This document shows, piece after piece, positions 57,146-60,564 of a stretch of 60,564 nucleotides of DNA. The first letter of the stretch is position 1; each line of letters begins with the position of its first letter. The translations under genes were made by a program, and so were the position numbers. Below the pieces are notes generated by a model that saw only the letters and a list, made by a program, of their open reading frames with translations, was not told the DNA's origin and made no database searches. This stretch comes from Candidatus Zipacnadia bacterium (GTDB lineage Bacteria; Armatimonadota; Zipacnadia; Zipacnadales; JABUFB01): contig JALGSS010000005.1 of NCBI GenBank assembly GCA_029821745.1, positions 1 through 60,564 on the forward strand. The letters run 5' to 3'.

Positions 57146-57205
57146 TGCTCTTGCCCCCGTCTCGATGCCACCTGCAGTGAGAGTGTTCAGCTTGTAAGGC
57201 AAGAC
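57146..57205 (+). repeat. ~60-nt dispersed repeat, copy 2
   Basis: TGCTCTTGCCCCCGTCTCGATGCCACCTGCAGTGAGAGTGTTCAGCTTGTAAGGCAAGAC. The ends CTCTTGCC and GGCAAGAC can pair (7 bp). Confidence 0.8.
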
Positions 57206-57310
57206 GCCCTACTATCGTCGTCGGGCGGGCGCGCGGAGATGTGAGCTTGGGGGGCCGACTGCCATTCGCTCGGATCGCGGCCCACGGCTGCGTGGCCTCG
57301 CTGGAGTAGC

Positions 57311-57343
57311 GCATCGGCCCCGCGACGGTCGCGGGGCCGATGC
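57311..57343. terminator. Perfect 13-bp-stem hairpin between convergent genes (probable bidirectional terminator)
   Basis: The hairpin is GCATCGGCCCCGC gacggtc GCGGGGCCGATGC, followed on the plus strand by ATTT. It lies 23 nt downstream of the stop of the minus-strand gene at 57366. It has no long U-tract. Confidence 0.55.
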
Positions 57344-57365
57344 ATTTCGCCAAATACGCGTCTCG

Positions 57366-60300
57366 TCAGCGCGTCAGTTGCACCGTTCCCACCGCCTGGC
57401 AGCGGACGCCGGACGCGTTGCTCGCCGTGATCCGCACCAGATACGTTCCCGCCGGGGCCCGCAGGCCCACCGCGTTTCGGCCGTCCCACGCCAGCGAATT
57501 GATGCCTTCGTCCATCTGACGGTCCGCCACGATGGTCCGCACCGCGCGGCCCGCGATGTTCAGCACCTCGCACGTAACCGACGCGTCCGCCGACAGCGTG
57601 AAGGTCAACTCCGCGCCCGCAGCCGTCGGCGTCGCGGCCACCGAACTGACCGCCAACGCCGCGCCCTTCGCGCCGACGGTGACACTTGCTTCGCCGGTCG
57701 GGCCGTCGGCGAAACCGTCGTTCGGCGTGACGACGCAGCGCCAGGTTTGGCCGTCACGCGTGCGAGTCGCACCAATGGTTCGCCAGGTCAGGCCAACCTG
57801 CAGCACCCCGTTCGACCGGGTCGCCGTCGGCGTCGATGCAACTCAAAACGCTGGCGCGGAAGCTGTCGTCGCTCGTCGGGGCGGCGGGCGTGATGACCAC
57901 CGCCGGCTGGGTGGGCGGCGTGTTGGGTTGGACCGTCACAGTCGCCTCACCGGCCGGACCATCGCTTACGCCGTCGCTGGGCGTCACCACGCAGCGCCAG
58001 ACGTCGCCGGCGCGCGTGCGCCATGCGGCAATCGTTCGCCAGGTCACGCCGACCTGCAGCACACCGTTCTTGTACCACTGGTACGCGTAGATCGGCTCGC
58101 GGCCGTTCGCGCAAACGCTGCCCGTGGCCGTCGCGGCGAAGCTGGTGTGATCGCTCGGGTTCGCCGGGCTGATCACCACCGTCGGTTGCGTGACCGCGAG
58201 GCCGATGTCGACGCTTGCAGTTGCGGTCGGCCCGTCTTCGACACCGTCGCTCGAGGTCACCACGCAGGTCCATCGCTGGCCCGCCGTCGTCCGCCGGCAG
58301 GCCACGCGCGGCCAGCAGACACCGTCCTGCATCTCGAGTCGGAGTGCCGGGATTGATCGTCAGGCTTGGCGTCGCCGGCGGGGTGTTGATCGTGACCGTG
58401 TCTTCGCCGGGCGTGCCGCTGGCCGCGCCGTCGGACGGCGTCACCACGCAGCGCCAGACCTGACCGGGCGCGGTCCACTTCGCTGCGACCGTCGCGTAGC
58501 CTCGGCCTGGCTGAAGCGTCTCGTCCTTGTACCACTCGTAGGTGTAGCGAATCGCGTCGCCGTTGGCGTCGGTGCAGTCGGCGACGTTGGCCCGCAAGCT
58601 GTCGCCGTCAATCGGTCGCGCGGGACTGATGGTAACGGTCGGCTGAGTCGGCGCGACGTTGCCCTCGATGGTGACCGTGTCCTCGCCGGACGTGCCGTCT
58701 TCGCTGCCATCGTTGGGCGTGACAGCGCACAGCCATTCCTCGCCGGGGCTGGTCCACTTCGCCGCAAGTTTCGGATAGACGCGGCCAGGCTGGGGCGCCC
58801 CGTCTTTGAGCCACTGGTAGGTGAAGGTCACCGTGTCGCCGTCGATGTCCTCGCCGCCGCTGACGTTTGCCTGAAGGGAGTCATTGGTCGTCGGATTTGC
58901 GGGTGTGATCGTCACGGTCGGCTGAGGTGGCTGCGAGTTCTGGATTGTGGCTTCGGCGGTGACCGGAGTGCCTTGCGCACCGCCATCGACCGGCCAACAT
59001 GTCACACGGAGCAAGTCGCCCCGGACGAAGTTCGACGAGGCCAAGGTATCGCCGGTGGCGCCGAAGAGGTCGTCCCACGAACTCGTGCCTGAGTTCCACT
59101 TGGCCCACTGGTAGTCGTAGTCCGCAGGATCACCGTCCGGATCGCTCCAGCCCGATGGAACCGCGGTCAGGTCGTCGTTGCTTCCCGCCGGGTCAGGCGT
59201 GATCGCCACCGAGACGACAGACGGGGTGGTGTTAGAGATGGTGATCTGCGCTTTCACGAGCGTCCCCAGATCAGTCCCGTCGTCGGGGTGACAGGAGACC
59301 TCCACCACATCGCCTTTGGCGAAATGGTCGCTGGTGAGTATGGGCCCTGTGACTCCGGCCACCTGCCCGCTGTTGACCATCCATCCGTAGCTGTAGCCCT
59401 CCGGGTCGCCGTCGGTGTCGAACCAGCCCGAGGGCGTGGCGGTCAGAACGTCAAACGTGTATGCTGGGTCGGGAGTGATACCGACGCTGGTCACACTCGG
59501 CAGGCGGTTGACCCATTTCGAGGCCTCGTCGGTGTTGCCCCAGCGACCCATATTGACCCGTCCGCCGTTGGGCGCAGGCTCGTTACTGAAAGCCGTGGCT
59601 GGCTTACCGGTGTCGACGCAGAGGCTGTGAACGGCGTCCAGCACCCACGCCGCGCCATCCCAACGACCGCCCTTCGACTTCAGATGGAAGTCCCCGCCCG
59701 CAGCGTCCGCGAACAGCGGGTCCTCGCTGATGTTGCCGTTCAAGCCGGTCTGGTCGGGCATCGCCATATAGTTGAGCACCACGGGACCGAACATGTTGCC
59801 GTAGACGTTGGTATACTCCACCGTGACGGCGCTGTCAGACTGGCAGATGCCGCCGCCCGCGGTGGCGAAGGCGATGATAGTGTTCTTGATCGTAGGCGCG
59901 GCGTTGTGGCAGTAGATGCCGCCGCCGCCGCCGTCGCTTGCGCTGTTCCCGCTGATCGTGCAGTTGTCGATGGTCGGCCGGGCGAGGATGGCGCAGAGAA
60001 TGCCGCCTCCATACGCTGCTGTGTTGCCGTTGAGAGTGTTGCCCGTGATGATTGGCTCGGCGTATTCGCAGTAGATGCCGCCGCCATACGTTGCGGTGTT
60101 GTCGCTGATGGTGTTACCGGTGATGCTTGGCGAGGAGGCGCGGGAGCAGATGCCGCCACCGTGGGCCGCGTTCCCATTGGTGAAGGTGAAGCCCTCTACG
60201 CGCGCGCTGACGGGGACGTTGTCCATGCGCAGACACGATCCCAGAGCGTTGCCATCAACCGTACACACACTCGCGCCAGCGCCGATGAGTTGGATATCCT

Positions 60301-60511
60301 TGGTGTCCCACGTCAGGTTCTCGTAGTAGGTGCCCGCCTCGACCTGGATGGTATCGCCGGACGCGGCAGCAGCGTCAATGGCCTGCTGGATCGTGGCATA
60401 GTCTGCGGGGACGTTGATCGTCGCCGCCTGGGCATTGACTGCCGCGAGCGCTAACGTGAAGATCATCACTGCCACTGCTTTCATCTTCCGCGCCTGGCCA
60501 TGCCGCTGCAT
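57366..60511 (-). pseudogene. Large secreted right-handed beta-helix protein with ~70-aa tandem modules and a FlgD-Ig/sorting-type C-terminal domain; two frame breaks
   Basis: The signal peptide is MKAVAVMIFTLALAAVNAQA. PbH1-like repeats follow (GNTISDNTATYGGGIYC, GNTLNGNTAAYGGGILC, ISGNSASDGGGGGIYC). After that come repeated modules of the form ...DGD...Y.Y.W.K.G....G.....WRCVVTP.DG. The sense frame of ORF 57947..60511 is lost near 58335-58345. It continues in ORF 57754..58332, then, after a second shift near 57790, in ORF 57366..57806. The last ORF ends with ELTFTLSADASVTCEVLNIAGRAVRTI...GTYLVRITA. Confidence 0.65.
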
Positions 60512-60564
60512 CGTCTCTCACCCTTTGTTCCTGGCCTCGGAGCCGATGTGCCAGAACACGAGAA

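Noticed and set aside
51933-60454. Plus-strand ORFs 51933..53159, 57532..58356, 58190..59092 and 59288..60454, and minus-strand 54354..55799
   Set aside because: They are antisense shadows of the glycosidase, the beta-helix gene and the FAD oxidoreductase.

Overview
GC-rich bacterial segment that is mostly one long defence island, followed by ordinary carbohydrate and surface genes. From left to right: (1) a minus-strand three-gene module of DUF6361-like protein, PLD/HKD protein and SF2 helicase. The helicase runs off the left edge and is missing from the ORF track. I recall this architecture as Azaca-like. (2) A tightly packed nine-gene minus-strand cluster (6278-17591) that matches no named system I know: zinc-PLC-like protein, two paralogous SIR2-like proteins, an Mrr-type nuclease with two HARE-HTH domains, a ~938-aa multi-winged-helix protein, a 95-aa protein, a HerA/FtsK-type ATPase, a TM/OGG-fold-like protein and an RNase-H-like protein. 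This is my top candidate for an undescribed system. (3) A complete type 1 BREX operon (brxA-brxB-brxC-pglX-pglZ-brxL, 17932-30302). (4) Two tandem ~1.2-kb remnants of a short tyrosine-recombinase module. Each carries a conserved promoter-like/inverted-repeat element and a ~28-nt periodic array built on the core CCCCATGACGG. (5) A type I-C CRISPR-Cas locus. cas3 is broken by at least three frame changes, while cas5-cas8c-cas7-cas4-cas1-cas2 are intact. The array has 131 repeats by my count, with many redundant or register-shifted spacers. (6) A frameshifted GH36-like glycosidase, an FAD oxidoreductase, a Gfo/Idh/MocA oxidoreductase and a frameshifted giant secreted beta-helix protein. All functional calls rest on motifs read from the translations; no database search was possible.
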